A DNA stretch of 64,000 bases from Candidatus Zixiibacteriota bacterium (GCA_024278935.1 JAJRSF010000051.1:1963-65962), one strand, 5' to 3'. Shown: positions 9,923 to 21,051, numbered from the stretch's first letter. Program-made: numbers and translations. Notes: generated from the letters alone by a model not told the origin.

Positions 9923-10585
9923 TTATAACTCGTTCACTTTATGGCGAACGATTTCACCATCGATATTATATATTACATCTTCAGCAATATTTGTTGCATG
10001 GTCGGCAATTCGCTCAAGATTACGGGAAACATTAAGCAAGCTAATATAGAGATCAATCAGTTGCGGGTCTTCCTTGATCTTCTCTTTTAAAATCGTAATC
10101 GCGTTCTTATGCAAATCATCAATCGCATCATCATCAGCACATACCTGTTTTGCCATAGCAGTATCATTTGTTATAAGAGAATTGATACTATTTTTCACCA
10201 AGTTAACAGTCAAGACAAGCATTTCAGAAAGATCAAATGGAATGATAACATTATTATGCCTTTGAATACTAATAGTCCGCTTGGCAATATTCACTGCCAA
10301 ATCACCAATACGTTCTAAGTCGTTGTTGATTTTTAGGACCGCTACAACATACCGTAAATCAGTTGCAACAGGTTGATGCAGAGCTAAAATTTTCAAACAC
10401 TCTTCTTCGACCTCAACTTCAAAAATATCAATCTGACGATCATACTCTATCACTTCTTTCGCAAGAGACATGTCAAAATCACTTACTGCTTTGACAGCTT
10501 TTTGAAGATTCCCTTCAACCATAGCAGTCAGTTGCAAAACTTTTGTCTGCAGTTTTTCTATTTCATTTATAAATCGTTTTGTCAT
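9923..10585 (-). CDS. phoU: Phosphate signalling complex protein PhoU
   Basis: QPVATDLR, DLERIGDLAVNIA, LERIADHATNIAEDV; start at ATG 10585. Confidence 0.96.
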   Translation of the reverse strand: MTKRFINEIEKLQTKVLQLTAMVEGNLQKAVKAVSDFDMSLAKEVIEYDRQIDIFEVEVEEECLKILALHQPVATDLRYVVAVLKINNDLERIGDLAVNIAKRTISIQRHNNVIIPFDLSEMLVLTVNLVKNSINSLITNDTAMAKQVCADDDAIDDLHKNAITILKEKIKEDPQLIDLYISLLNVSRNLERIADHATNIAEDVIYNIDGEIVRHKVNEL

Positions 10586-10592
10586 ACTATCT

Positions 10593-11399
10593 TCACCCAA
10601 ATCTTCCGGTTATATAATCTTCGGTTTTTTTCATTTTTGGCTTTGTGAATATCTCTTTTGTTTTACCTGACTCGATTAAAACACCTTCGTAGAAAAATGC
10701 TGTCGTCTTAGATACCCGAGCCGCCTGTTGCATATTATGTGTCACTATTATGATTGTAAATTGTTTTTTTAACTCACCAATAAGGTCTTCAATTTTCGAT
10801 GTAGATATCGGGTCTAACGCCGAAGCAGGTTCATCCATCAGGATCACTTCCGGCTGCACCGCCAAAGCCCGTGCGATACAAAGCCGTTGCTGTTGCCCGC
10901 CGGATAACAGATACGCCGACTTATCCAGCTTATCTTTTACTTCATCCCACAAGAATGCTTTTTTCAAAGTATCCTCAACCGCCTCAACAATCAATGCCTT
11001 ATCTTTGATACCATTCACTTTCAAACCATAGGCGACATTTTCAAAGATAGATTTTGGAAATGGATTCGATTTCTGAAAGACCATACCAACTTTAGTGCGA
11101 AGCATCGAAACATCTTTTATATCTTTATAAATATCAACAGAGTCCAAACAAACTTCACCGGTAAGTTTTGTACCTGTGATAGTATCGTTCATACGGTTTA
11201 ATGTTCGTAAAAATGTCGACTTGCCACACCCCGACGGACCTATCAATGCCGTCACTTCATGTTCAACTATATCCAAATCAACACTATATAATGCCTGTTG
11301 TGTTCCGTAGAAAAAATCAAGGTTCCGTGCTGACATCTTAATAGTTTTTGGAGACCCTAAAGTTTCGTTTTCTTGTAGTTTGTTTTCTTCAATCTGCAT
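10593..11399 (-). CDS. pstB: Phosphate ABC transporter ATPase
   Basis: [41 protein letters not shown]. Confidence 0.97.
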   Translation of the reverse strand: MQIEENKLQENETLGSPKTIKMSARNLDFFYGTQQALYSVDLDIVEHEVTALIGPSGCGKSTFLRTLNRMNDTITGTKLTGEVCLDSVDIYKDIKDVSMLRTKVGMVFQKSNPFPKSIFENVAYGLKVNGIKDKALIVEAVEDTLKKAFLWDEVKDKLDKSAYLLSGGQQQRLCIARALAVQPEVILMDEPASALDPISTSKIEDLIGELKKQFTIIIVTHNMQQAARVSKTTAFFYEGVLIESGKTKEIFTKPKMKKTEDYITGRFG

Positions 11400-11414
11400 A
11401 CTGTCTTACTTTTC

Positions 11415-12362
11415 TTAATTACTAACTCGTTTAGCTCTTAACTTCGAGCGGATTATAATTGCACAAAAATTTAATGAAAATGTCAGAAACAAAAGCACAA
11501 GCACAGTTCCATATAAAATTGGCTTGGTCGCTTCAATATCAGGCGACTGCGTTGCCATCACATAAATATGATAACCCATTTCCATAAACTGATCATTTAG
11601 TTTTCCGGGAAGATACGGAAGATAATACGCCGCTCCGGTAAACATTATTGGAGCAACTTCACCCGCACCCCTGTTAACCGCTAATATTGCACCGGTCAAA
11701 ATCCCGGGCATTGCCTGTGGTAAAATTATTCTTCGTATTGTCTGAAGTTTGGTCGCTCCCAATGCGTATGATGCATCTTTTATTTCCGAAGGAATCGTTC
11801 GCAACGCTTCTTCAGTTGAAACAATCACAACCGGAAGCGTCAATAGTGCCAATGTCAGCGATGCCCATATAATAGCAGGTTGTCCCCAGACTGGTCTGCT
11901 TCCTTCGTAAAATATAGAATCAATCCCACTACCTACAAATGCGATAAAAAAACCGAGTCCAAAAAGTCCAAAGACAATCGACGGCACCCCGGCAAGATTA
12001 TTAATCCCAAGTCTAATCAATTTTGAAATTCTTGAAGTTGGCGATGTATACTCACTCAAATAAATTGCAGTCAACACGCCAATCGGAACAACAGCTATTG
12101 TCATAAGCAGCACCAAAGCAACGGTACCAAATATCGCAGGAAAAATCCCACCGCTTTCCATACCATTTTCAGGTGGTGATGAAACAAACTCCCCGCTTAT
12201 AACGCCAATACCACCGAAAATAATATTCCCTAAAATTATACTCAAAATAGAAACAATAATTATAACGGCAGTTAGGGTCAATCCTTTTGGAATAAGCCCC
12301 GATCTCTTCGGAGTAAATTGTGCCGAAATATTATGCAACGACGATGAGTGTAATTTGCTCAT
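11415..12362 (-). CDS. pstA: Phosphate ABC transporter permease PstA
   Basis: GGIFPAIFGT, NLAGVPSIVFGLFG, EAA-loop ASYALGATK. Confidence 0.95.
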   Translation of the reverse strand: MSKLHSSSLHNISAQFTPKRSGLIPKGLTLTAVIIIVSILSIILGNIIFGGIGVISGEFVSSPPENGMESGGIFPAIFGTVALVLLMTIAVVPIGVLTAIYLSEYTSPTSRISKLIRLGINNLAGVPSIVFGLFGLGFFIAFVGSGIDSIFYEGSRPVWGQPAIIWASLTLALLTLPVVIVSTEEALRTIPSEIKDASYALGATKLQTIRRIILPQAMPGILTGAILAVNRGAGEVAPIMFTGAAYYLPYLPGKLNDQFMEMGYHIYVMATQSPDIEATKPILYGTVLVLLFLTFSLNFCAIIIRSKLRAKRVSN

Positions 12363-12364
12363 AC

Positions 12365-13324
12365 TTATGCCCGTTTCCCTTGCATACGTTCTTTTACTTT
12401 TTCTAAAACAACATCACCGCCAAGATTTATCAAAAAGGTAAAGATAAACAAGATTGTTCCTAAAAAGAAAAGTACCGAATAATGTGCCGAGCCAAAAACA
12501 ACTTCGGCAAGTTCGGCAGCGATTGTCGCTGAGAAAGTTCTGATTGAATCAGAAAAACTGGCAGAAATTATGGCAGCATTACCCGATGCCATAAGTACAA
12601 TCATTGTCTCACCAACAGCACGCCCAAATCCTAAGACTACACCCGCCGCAATTCCGGGAATCGCCGCAGGAAGTGTCATCGTAAATGAAACTTGCCAAGG
12701 GTTTGCTCCGAGTGCCAATGCAGCATCTTTTAAAGAGTTCGGAACCGACATAAGAGCATCTTCAGAAATTGTAAAAATAATCGGAATGACAGCAATGCCT
12801 AAAGCAATCCCTGCATTAATCGAATTCAGCCGATAGGTAAACCCAAACGTATTTTGTAAAAACGACGCCAGGACAATAAGTGCAAAGAACCCTAGCACAA
12901 CCGACGGAATCCCCGAGAGCATTTCGATAACTGGTTTTATAATTTCACGCGTTCGTCTTGATGCAAACTGTGATGAATAAATCGCTCCTCCTATACCAAG
13001 TGGTATCGCAAAGAGCATAGCCACAAACGATGCTTTCACTGTTCCGATAAAAAGAGGTAACAATGAATATCGAGGATTGTCAGAATTTGGCTGCCAGGTA
13101 AATTTTGCTTCCCTCCCCTTCGCAAAAGATTGCTTAGTCAGCATCTTTTCAATCGAGGCTTCTTCTTGTATAAACTCATCATGAAAAATTGGCAGAGCTT
13201 CTTTAAAGATAAAGATGAAAATAAGTAAAATCGCAAACAACGCCACAAAGGCATTCATAGCGATAAACTTTTCACCGATATACTCACCGATTTTTGACTT
13301 TTTCTTAAACTCGTATTTTCTCAT
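12365..13324 (-). CDS. pstC: Phosphate ABC transporter permease PstC
   Basis: IPSVVLGFF, GRAVGETMIVLMASGN; operon order. Confidence 0.95.
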   Translation of the reverse strand: MRKYEFKKKSKIGEYIGEKFIAMNAFVALFAILLIFIFIFKEALPIFHDEFIQEEASIEKMLTKQSFAKGREAKFTWQPNSDNPRYSLLPLFIGTVKASFVAMLFAIPLGIGGAIYSSQFASRRTREIIKPVIEMLSGIPSVVLGFFALIVLASFLQNTFGFTYRLNSINAGIALGIAVIPIIFTISEDALMSVPNSLKDAALALGANPWQVSFTMTLPAAIPGIAAGVVLGFGRAVGETMIVLMASGNAAIISASFSDSIRTFSATIAAELAEVVFGSAHYSVLFFLGTILFIFTFLINLGGDVVLEKVKERMQGKRA

Positions 13325-13404
13325 TTTTTTCTTCTGCTAGATAAAGAGAAGAACATTACACTCTTCTCTTCATTTTATAAGTAACACAATAAATATAAGG
13401 CTTC

Positions 13405-14253
13405 TTATTTCACCATATTGGCTTCAGCTTTTTCCTTTGAAAGAGGTACATAATCTATAGACTCTGAAACTTTTTGACCTTCTGCCGACAAACACCAGTT
13501 CAGCATTTTCTTCAGCTCACCGGTTGGTTTGCCATTGAAGAACCAGTATAAATCACGCGAGATAGGATAGCTTCCGTTGGATACAGATTCAACACTTGGT
13601 TCTATCGGATTTTTGTCACCATCTTGTACTTTGGCAAACTTAACACCTTTCGCCCAGGCGATTCCACCGTAGCCGATTCCGTTTACATCATAAGAAACCG
13701 CATTAACTACCGCAGCAGTTCCCGGAAGAGTTTGACATCTGTCAGCGTAATCTTCTTTGTTCATAACTCTTTTTTTGAAAAATGCGTAGGTGCCTGAATT
13801 GTTTTCACGACCGTAAATAATAATTTGTTTGTCTGGACCGCCAACTTCTTTCCAATTGGTTATCGAACCGGTATAGATCCCTTTGAGTTGAGCAATCGTC
13901 AAAACATCAACAGGGTTATCAGTATGTAAAAAAACCGCGATACCATCAAGAGCCACAGAGACTCTATAAGGAGTGATCCCCTTTCTCTCGGCAAGCTTGT
14001 ATTCTTTTTCTTTCATGTCACGTGATGCTTCGCAAACATCAGTAGTACCATTTAACAAAGCGGCAATCCCAGTACCGGAGCCACCACCGGAAACCTGTAC
14101 GACTGTACCCGGGTTTTGCTTCATATACTCTTCTGCCCAGCGTTGTCCTAAACGAACGAGTGTGTCAGAACCTTTGATTGTGACTGACTGACCCGAGAAA
14201 ACAAACCCGGCACAAAGTGTGAGTACAAGAACTATTAAAATTATTTTTTTCAC
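13405..14253 (-). CDS. pstS: Phosphate ABC transporter substrate-binding protein
   Basis: GSDT, GGGSGTGI, GRENNSGT, YPISRDL; signal peptide. Confidence 0.95.
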   Translation of the reverse strand: MKKIILIVLVLTLCAGFVFSGQSVTIKGSDTLVRLGQRWAEEYMKQNPGTVVQVSGGGSGTGIAALLNGTTDVCEASRDMKEKEYKLAERKGITPYRVSVALDGIAVFLHTDNPVDVLTIAQLKGIYTGSITNWKEVGGPDKQIIIYGRENNSGTYAFFKKRVMNKEDYADRCQTLPGTAAVVNAVSYDVNGIGYGGIAWAKGVKFAKVQDGDKNPIEPSVESVSNGSYPISRDLYWFFNGKPTGELKKMLNWCLSAEGQKVSESIDYVPLSKEKAEANMVK

Positions 14254-14286
14254 TTTCTTATCTTTCTTTTCTATCTTCTGTTTTTC

Positions 14287-15408
14287 TTAAAATTTAAATA
14301 ATGTATTTAAGTACAATGATGATTCCGATTCTGAATCATCTTCAAAACTCGTAGAACGAATATTCAGTGATGCTTTAAATCCTTTTGTAGGCGTACATTC
14401 GATACCGACGATACACAATGACTTACCGTCATCGGCAATATCTGTATTAGGATCTAAGATATCAAAGCGACTAAAGAGGTTGAGTGTATTACCAAATGAT
14501 TTCGCATCTGTCATATCACTAAAGTACAAGGTTCCAAAAAATGACAAGCCGGATGATTTAACATCTGCAAGTTCAACACCAGATGTATCGTTGTACCCTT
14601 GACCAGTTGTTTTAAAATTAGCATCTATGCCGACATCTAATGTTTTTTTATAGCCGAGCATTCCACCGATAGAAATAATTTGGTTTTTAAACTGCGATGC
14701 ATCATTCGCAAAATTGACGATTGTTGTATCCGTGCCTGACACTGATGTATCGACGGTTGCTATCGTTGATATATTCTGAGTACCGGAATAAAACTGCGCT
14801 AACACTTTTGAACGTTTAAGTTCATCATTGTTGGCAAATGGTTTCAGTAATGTAAAAAGTGAATAATCTTTATTTTTGTTCAGCTCTTCAACATCAGAAT
14901 ATTTTGTACCGTTTAAAATCTGTAATGCGGCATACCCTGTTTTACCTTTTTCACCAAGATTAACAAAGGCAGAAAGTCCAAGGTCAGATGTTGTCAGAAA
15001 TTTGTTTTTATCTCCAACAGTTTTTTCTAAGTAACGACGACTCCAAAGTTTGTTCATATTGTCGATATACAAAGTCGGCTGTAAACCAAACCGAACCTTT
15101 AAGTTCTTGTTACCAAAACTAGGTTTCCAATCGATGTAACCATATTTCAAAATTATCGAATATCCATCAAATCCTGCCGTTGAACGAATATCGGTTGTCA
15201 TGCGTACCGATGTAAACTCAGACAGTTTTGATTTTACGGTGACATAGGCACGGTTGACATTAAAGCTGTTGGCACTTTCGGCACCATCGGACATATCAAG
15301 ATTCCAATCGGCGTATAGTCTTCCATTGACTTTTGTGTCAGCCGCATTGGCAAACGTGAACATGCCCAGTACGAGCATTGCCATAATTGTGAGAGTTAAT
15401 TTTTTCAA
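14287..15408 (-). CDS. Outer-membrane porin, probably phosphate-selective (OprO/P-like role)
   Basis: TTG start with AAGGA RBS, signal peptide ending ANA, FNVNRAY and LKYGY barrel motifs, terminal Phe; located between phoR and pstS behind a Pho box. Confidence 0.72.
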   Translation of the reverse strand: MKKLTLTIMAMLVLGMFTFANAADTKVNGRLYADWNLDMSDGAESANSFNVNRAYVTVKSKLSEFTSVRMTTDIRSTAGFDGYSIILKYGYIDWKPSFGNKNLKVRFGLQPTLYIDNMNKLWSRRYLEKTVGDKNKFLTTSDLGLSAFVNLGEKGKTGYAALQILNGTKYSDVEELNKNKDYSLFTLLKPFANNDELKRSKVLAQFYSGTQNISTIATVDTSVSGTDTTIVNFANDASQFKNQIISIGGMLGYKKTLDVGIDANFKTTGQGYNDTSGVELADVKSSGLSFFGTLYFSDMTDAKSFGNTLNLFSRFDILDPNTDIADDGKSLCIVGIECTPTKGFKASLNIRSTSFEDDSESESSLYLNTLFKF

Positions 15409-15484
15409 TTTGTTCCTTACTTTCAAAATCTTATTTTTTAATTTTATATTATTTATAATTTCTGACATAAATAAACAGATCAAT

Positions 15485-15501
15485 TGTTAGGATAATGTTA
15501 A
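15485..15501 (-). promoter_or_regulatory. Pho box (two half-sites)
   Basis: Minus strand TTAACA-N5-CTAACA, 11-bp period, upstream of porin-pstSCAB-phoU. Confidence 0.65.
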
Positions 15502-15573
15502 AGATACATTTTTTTTTGATTAACAAATATGAAGAAACAGCCGTTTTTAAGCTGTTATAACTACATTGAGATA

Positions 15574-17349
15574 TTAAAGCGGGATTTCTATTGTGAAAGT
15601 CGAACCTATGCCAAGTTCGCTTTCAACTGAAACAGCCCCCTTGTGGAGCAATGAAATATGTTTGACAATCGCCAAGCCGAGTCCTGTCCCGCCAAGTTCT
15701 CGGCTCCGAGCTTTGTCGGCTCGATAGAACCGTTCAAACAAGCGGTCATGATGTCTGCTTTCAATCCCGACCCCTTCATCGGTTACGATGACTTTAAATC
15801 TGTTGGACTCTTTTTCAAGATGCACAAAAACTGTTGAATCTTGTGAACTGTAATTTATCGCATTATCTAAAAGATTTATAACCGCTTGTTCAAAAAGTGG
15901 AATATTGGTGTCCGCTTCAATCGACTCATCACCGCTTAGCTGAATTGTAATATTTCTCTTATTTGCTTTATGTTCACAAATCTGAATAGACGATTGGATT
16001 ACAGAAAATATATTTGCTCGTTCAAAATTGATATCTTCAACATCGGAACCTTGTTCAATCCGAGAAAGCGATACCAGATCTTCAATTATGCTGGTCAACC
16101 TGTTGGCTTGTTTTGATATGATACCAAGAAATTTTTCGACATCTTCTTTATTGTCAGTTCCGCTATCAATAAGCGTTTCAACGAACCCTTTAATAGATGT
16201 TATCGGTGTCCGAAGTTCATGCGAAACATTGGCAACAAAATCCTGTCTGATATTTTCTAAAAAACGTAACCGAGTTATATCGTTAAGCACAAGTAAAATC
16301 CCAATCACACTGCCCGATGCACCTTTGAGAATAGAACTATTATAGCTTATAAATTTTTCTTTCTGAAGGCTCTGGGTAATCTCACCTTCGTGCGGTTTGT
16401 TCTCTTTAAGTGTTTTGATTACAATTTCCTGAAGCTCGGCATTCCGAATAATTTCATAAACCGACTTCCCTTGTGCATCTTCGGGGTCAACACCAAACAG
16501 TTCGCCGGCAGCCTTGTTCATATTAAGTATGTTTTCCGATTTGTCTATAGCAATTACAGATTCGACCATACTTTGTAAAATAACTTTTTGTTCATTTCTC
16601 TGTCTGGTGATAATTTTAATCCGCTCATCAAGTTCTGTCGCCATTATGTTCATCGCAATTGCAAGCTGGGCGATCTCTTCTGAATCTGAAATCGGAAGAT
16701 GATTTTCAAAATCACCTTTTGCAAATCGTTCAGCACCAACTTTTAACTCTTCAAGTGGTTGGCTGATTCTTTTGGAAATAAAATAAGCAGTTAAAGCGGC
16801 AAGTATCGCCACAATAAACAAAGCAAAAAGTATTTTAACAGAGAGTGCATTAATTGTTTTGTTAATAGATTCAATCGTCACCGACAACCGAAGTACCCCG
16901 ACAACTTCACCCTCATGCTCAAGTCGGATTGCTAAATACATCATAGAGCGTTGAAGCGTATTACTGTATCGAATCGAATTACCGGTCAGTCCTGACAATG
17001 CGTTTTGCATCTCAGCACGAGAGCTATGATTATCCATCTTCGATGGGTTCTCTTCAGAGTCAGCTATGACTATTCCATTCGGAAGCATAACGGTAATGCG
17101 AGTCTCAGATACTTTTCCAATTTCCGTACAACGTTTTTGCAAAGATAAACTATCAAGCTGGTCATCAACTAATAATGGAATTACTTGCGACTGCAGTATA
17201 TATGATTTAGATAATAAACTTTTTTGGGTCTCTTCGATATAAAACGACTTCAATGTTGAAAAAGAGAACCATGTAAGAGCCAGCAATGACAATGTAATAA
17301 TCAATGTAAACGGAATTATCAAAAGCCGTATCATTTTTTTCTTAGCCAC
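15574..17349 (-). CDS. phoR: Phosphate regulon sensor histidine kinase
   Basis: 2 TM, HAMP, PAS, FVANVSHELRTP, FERFYRADKARSRELGGTGLGLAIVKH. Confidence 0.93.
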   Translation of the reverse strand: MAKKKMIRLLIIPFTLIITLSLLALTWFSFSTLKSFYIEETQKSLLSKSYILQSQVIPLLVDDQLDSLSLQKRCTEIGKVSETRITVMLPNGIVIADSEENPSKMDNHSSRAEMQNALSGLTGNSIRYSNTLQRSMMYLAIRLEHEGEVVGVLRLSVTIESINKTINALSVKILFALFIVAILAALTAYFISKRISQPLEELKVGAERFAKGDFENHLPISDSEEIAQLAIAMNIMATELDERIKIITRQRNEQKVILQSMVESVIAIDKSENILNMNKAAGELFGVDPEDAQGKSVYEIIRNAELQEIVIKTLKENKPHEGEITQSLQKEKFISYNSSILKGASGSVIGILLVLNDITRLRFLENIRQDFVANVSHELRTPITSIKGFVETLIDSGTDNKEDVEKFLGIISKQANRLTSIIEDLVSLSRIEQGSDVEDINFERANIFSVIQSSIQICEHKANKRNITIQLSGDESIEADTNIPLFEQAVINLLDNAINYSSQDSTVFVHLEKESNRFKVIVTDEGVGIESRHHDRLFERFYRADKARSRELGGTGLGLAIVKHISLLHKGAVSVESELGIGSTFTIEIPL

Positions 17350-17351
17350 GA

Positions 17352-18038
17352 CTACTCCTTAAACCTATATCCGATTCCACGAACCGTTTCAATATTTTTA
17401 CCGGACTCACCAAGTTTTTTTCGCAGTCCGACAATTTGTACATCGATCGAACGATCGGTAATAATTGTATCTTCACCACGAATAGCATCTATAAGTTGAT
17501 CTCTTGTAAAAACCCAACCCGGTTTTTGAGCAAGATGATGCAGTATCTGAAACTCTGTCAAAGTTAATGCCACCGGTTTGCTCTGTACCAACACTTCAAA
17601 TTTAGCAGGGTCGATTGATATATCTGTCAATTTTATAATTGATTTGCTGGTGACCTCTTTTGCTTTTAACCGTCTGAACAACGACCGAATACGTGCTACT
17701 AATACTCTTGGAGAAAATGGTTTGCTCAGATAATCATCGGCACCTAACTCAAGCCCGGTCACAACATCGGACTCATCCGATTTTGCCGTTATCATAATAA
17801 TTGGAATATGTTCAGTATTTGAATCTTTTTTTAACTGACGACAAATCTCAAGCCCATCAACACCCGGAAGCATCAAATCAAGCAGAACCATATCCGGTTT
17901 TAATTCTATAACACCGGTAAGCCCTTCTTCCCCTGTTAAAAACCCGGTGACTTTATACCCTTCTTTTGAAAGGTTAAAACTTATCAATTCTTGAATATCA
18001 ACTTCATCTTCAATTATTACTATATGCTTATTAATCAT
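17352..18038 (-). CDS. phoB: Phosphate regulon response regulator (OmpR/PhoB family)
   Basis: REC domain LLDLMLP, winged helix RSIDVQI..LRKKL, IETVRGIGYRF; upstream of phoR. Confidence 0.92.
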   Translation of the reverse strand: MINKHIVIIEDEVDIQELISFNLSKEGYKVTGFLTGEEGLTGVIELKPDMVLLDLMLPGVDGLEICRQLKKDSNTEHIPIIMITAKSDESDVVTGLELGADDYLSKPFSPRVLVARIRSLFRRLKAKEVTSKSIIKLTDISIDPAKFEVLVQSKPVALTLTEFQILHHLAQKPGWVFTRDQLIDAIRGEDTIITDRSIDVQIVGLRKKLGESGKNIETVRGIGYRFKE

Positions 18039-18075
18039 ATCTTCCTCATTTCTGACAAGATAACTACATCCGTTC

Positions 18076-18103
18076 TGTTAGAAAAGTATTAAGATTATGT
18101 TAA
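18076..18103 (-). promoter_or_regulatory. Pho box (three half-sites) upstream of phoB
   Basis: Minus strand TTAACA-N5-TTAATA-N5-CTAACA, exact 11-bp period. Confidence 0.7.
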
Positions 18104-18126
18104 ATATTATAATTTCATCTAATTTG

Positions 18127-18158
18127 AAAAAAAAAGACCGGTAAATTTACCGGTCTTT
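18127..18158 (-). terminator. Intrinsic terminator after S8-PKD peptidase
   Basis: AAAGACCGGTAAA/TTTACCGGTCTTT stem followed by a T9 run on the minus strand. Confidence 0.85.
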
Positions 18159-18180
18159 AGATTACTATATTAGGAGGTGC

Positions 18181-20591
18181 TTATTTCATCAATACCATTT
18201 TCTTGGTATCTACATTGACACCGGAAGTTAAACGGTAAAAATAAATACCTGATGGCTTTGTAGTCGCATCCCATGATACTGTATGAGTACCGGCAGTTAA
18301 CGAACCTGAAACAAGCTGTTCTACTTTTTGACCATTAATATTAAATATTTCAAGAGTCACAAAAGATGCTTGTGCTAAACTGAATGAAATATCAGTAGTT
18401 GGGTTAAACGGATTTGGATAGTTTTGGTTTAATCCAAATGTTCCCGGAAGAACTAACTCTACTGCGATTCCATCATTAAAGGCATAACCACTTTCACATC
18501 CTTTAGTAACAACATTTGATGCAGGGTTGTAGCTGTTTGATGCATGAGTTACATTTGTTACTTCAAAACACCATTCAGATGTAACAGTTTTTGTTTTAGA
18601 AGTTAAGAAATCTACAGTTCCATCAGTTCCTGTAACTCCAGAATAACTTCCACCGGTAGGACCGGTAGCTGTTACATAAACAGTCGCACCTGATAAAGGC
18701 TGGTCATTACTATCAAAATTGTAACCACACCATAACCACTATAATTACGACCTGTTCTGTATTGTGATACAGCAATGTCATAAACATACATAGTTCCACC
18801 AACTGGTGGCTCTGTTACAGTAATATAATCTACAACTGTTTTAGTGTCAGAACCATATGCATTTGTAGCTGTTAATGCTACGGTATAGGTTCCTGATACA
18901 TTGTATGTATATGATGGGTTCTGAACTGTGGATGTTCCACCATCACCAAATGTCCAACTCCACGATGTTGGACCATTAGTAGATAAATCAGTGAAGTTTA
19001 CATCTAACGGATAATCACCTGAAGTAGGTGTACCACTAAAGTTTGCAACTGGAGGATCAGCTGGAGGTGTTGTAACTGTAATATACCCAACTTTAGTGTC
19101 AGCATCTGAACCAAATGCATTTGTTGCTGTAAGTGTCACGGTATAAGTACCGGCAGCATTATATATATATGATGGGTTCTGTGCGGTGGAAGTTCCACCG
19201 TCGCCAAATGTCCAGCTCCATGATGTTGGGCTGTTCACAGATAAATCAGTAAAACTTACATTTAAAGGGACGTCGCCTGACGTTGGTGTTCCTGAAAAAT
19301 TCGCAACTGGAGGATCATTACTAGGAGTAACAAGTTGTATAGCTGCGTTTGCATCAAGAAGCCCGTACCCATATTCTCGATCCCATCCTGTTGGACCTAA
19401 ATCTAAAGCAGAGTTCTGTAAAATATCTTGCACTTCGTCGGGAGTTAAAGTTCCACCTGAAGCACCGATAACTAACGCTGCAACACCTGCTACGTGAGGA
19501 GATGCCATCGATGTACCTTGATAGAAATAATAAGAAAATGCAGTATAGTTAGAACCATCATGAGTTTGCTGTAAAACGCCATCAATATATCCATCACCAT
19601 CTTGATCAACTCCTGTGTCGCCACCTGGAGCAGCAATATCTACAGAATCATTATAGGTAGAATATCCTGTAATTGTTGAATCAAGTCTGACTGCTGAAAC
19701 AGATACATAAGCTTCGTTAGCGGCAGGATACTCTAATATTAATCTACCTGAGTTACCTGCTGCACAAATAATTGTTACTCCTTGTGCTTTCGCATAATTA
19801 CAAGCATCATTCATAATAGTAGAAAAATAGGATGAACCTAAACTCATATTAATTACTTTTGCTCCATTGTCAGCAGCATAATAAATACCATTGGCAATAA
19901 CATCAGTTGCACCAGAACCTGCAGCATCTAAAACTTTTACAGGCATAATTGAACAATTATAAGCAATACCTGTCACACCTAAATTATTATTAGTAGACTG
20001 AGCTATTGTTCCTGCGACATGAGTTCCATGACCATTGTCATCATTAGGATGAGTGTCATTGTTTATGAAATCGTACCCTTGCACAAAATTTGTTTGTGCC
20101 AAATCAGGTGCTTGAGCATAAACGTCATAATCTTCGTACGCAACACCGGCATCTAAAATAGCTACAATAACACCAGTACCTGTGTTTTGATCCCATGCTT
20201 GTTCCATATTAATCATTGGCATATGCCATTGATAGCCATAATAAGGATCGTTTGGCACCATATAAGATGTATAAATATAATTTGGTTCTGCAAATAAAAC
20301 ATTTGGATCAGCAGAATATTCCGCTACCATTTCTTCAACTGTTTTATTTGAAGGAATTGCAATATACTTATACCCACCTTTGATACTTTCTTTAATCGTA
20401 GAACATCCAAAACTATTAACTGTTTTAGAACTTTCAATCGTATCTTTAAACTTGACTAAGATTTGTCCCGGTACATAGTCTTGACTTGATTGAACTGTTG
20501 TTGTTGTTTTGACTTTAAAAAGTGGAGCTGCTAAAACAATTGTTGATACTAATAATGCACTGATGAGTAAAAAGGTTAAAACTTTTTTCAT
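18181..20591 (-). CDS. Secreted S8 subtilase with two PKD domains and C-terminal FlgD/T9SS-like domain (about 803 aa; one-base frameshift at 18715-18718)
   Basis: Triad ILDAG / HGTHVAG / GTSMASPH; two PKD repeats (WSWTFGDG); adding one base to the run at 18715-18718 continues to QNYPNPFNP...SGIYFYRL...KKMVLMK* ending at 18181. Confidence 0.88.
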
Positions 20592-20724
20592 TGTGATTCC
20601 CAGGTTTTTAGTTTCCTATTCATTTTCTTTACTATCCATATGTCTTAAATGCCTTGCCACCTCCTAAGTGGTTTAATGTTATTCTATTAAAAATATCTAT
20701 ATAAAATAAATCATGTTAAGTTTC

Positions 20725-20760
20725 AGATTAAAGAGGATTTAAAGTGTTGAAAAAATACAC
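20725..20760 (-). promoter_or_regulatory. Candidate ECF-sigma promoter, copy C
   Basis: GTGTATTTTT...CTCTTTAATCT, same motif as copies A and B with spacer one base longer. Confidence 0.45.
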
Positions 20761-20934
20761 AATAGTGGAGATTAAAATACATATTGGTTTATAATTCTTA
20801 GTTAGTGCTTATTAAAAGAGATTGAATTAACGTTAGTCGCATTTCACATTGAAGATATTTACATAAAAAAAGATTGCCTCCTAGCACCATAGTTTTGGAC
20901 TATTGACTGTAGATATGTTATTTTTTATTGGTTT

Positions 20935-20970
20935 AATATTAAAGAGAATCGGGAATGCCAAAAAATACAT
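20935..20970 (-). promoter_or_regulatory. Candidate ECF-sigma promoter, copy B
   Basis: ATGTATTTTTTGGCATTCCCGATTCTCTTTAATATT; aligns without gaps to copy A. Confidence 0.55.
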
Positions 20971-20992
20971 CAAAATTGATTATATATACAAT

Positions 20993-21030
20993 AAAAGCCT
21001 CTGTTATCTTTAATAACACAGAGGCTTTTT
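20993..21030. terminator. Intrinsic terminator after S8-dockerin gene
   Basis: AAAAGCCTCTGT...ACAGAGGCTTTT inverted repeat. Confidence 0.8.
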
Positions 21031-21051
21031 ACTTACTAATTTGTATACGAT

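Noticed and set aside
20798-20890. 30-codon ORF (MVLGGNLF...) as the signalling peptide of the CHAT system
   Set aside because: No RBS before its ATG and no signal-peptide character; unsupported without homologues
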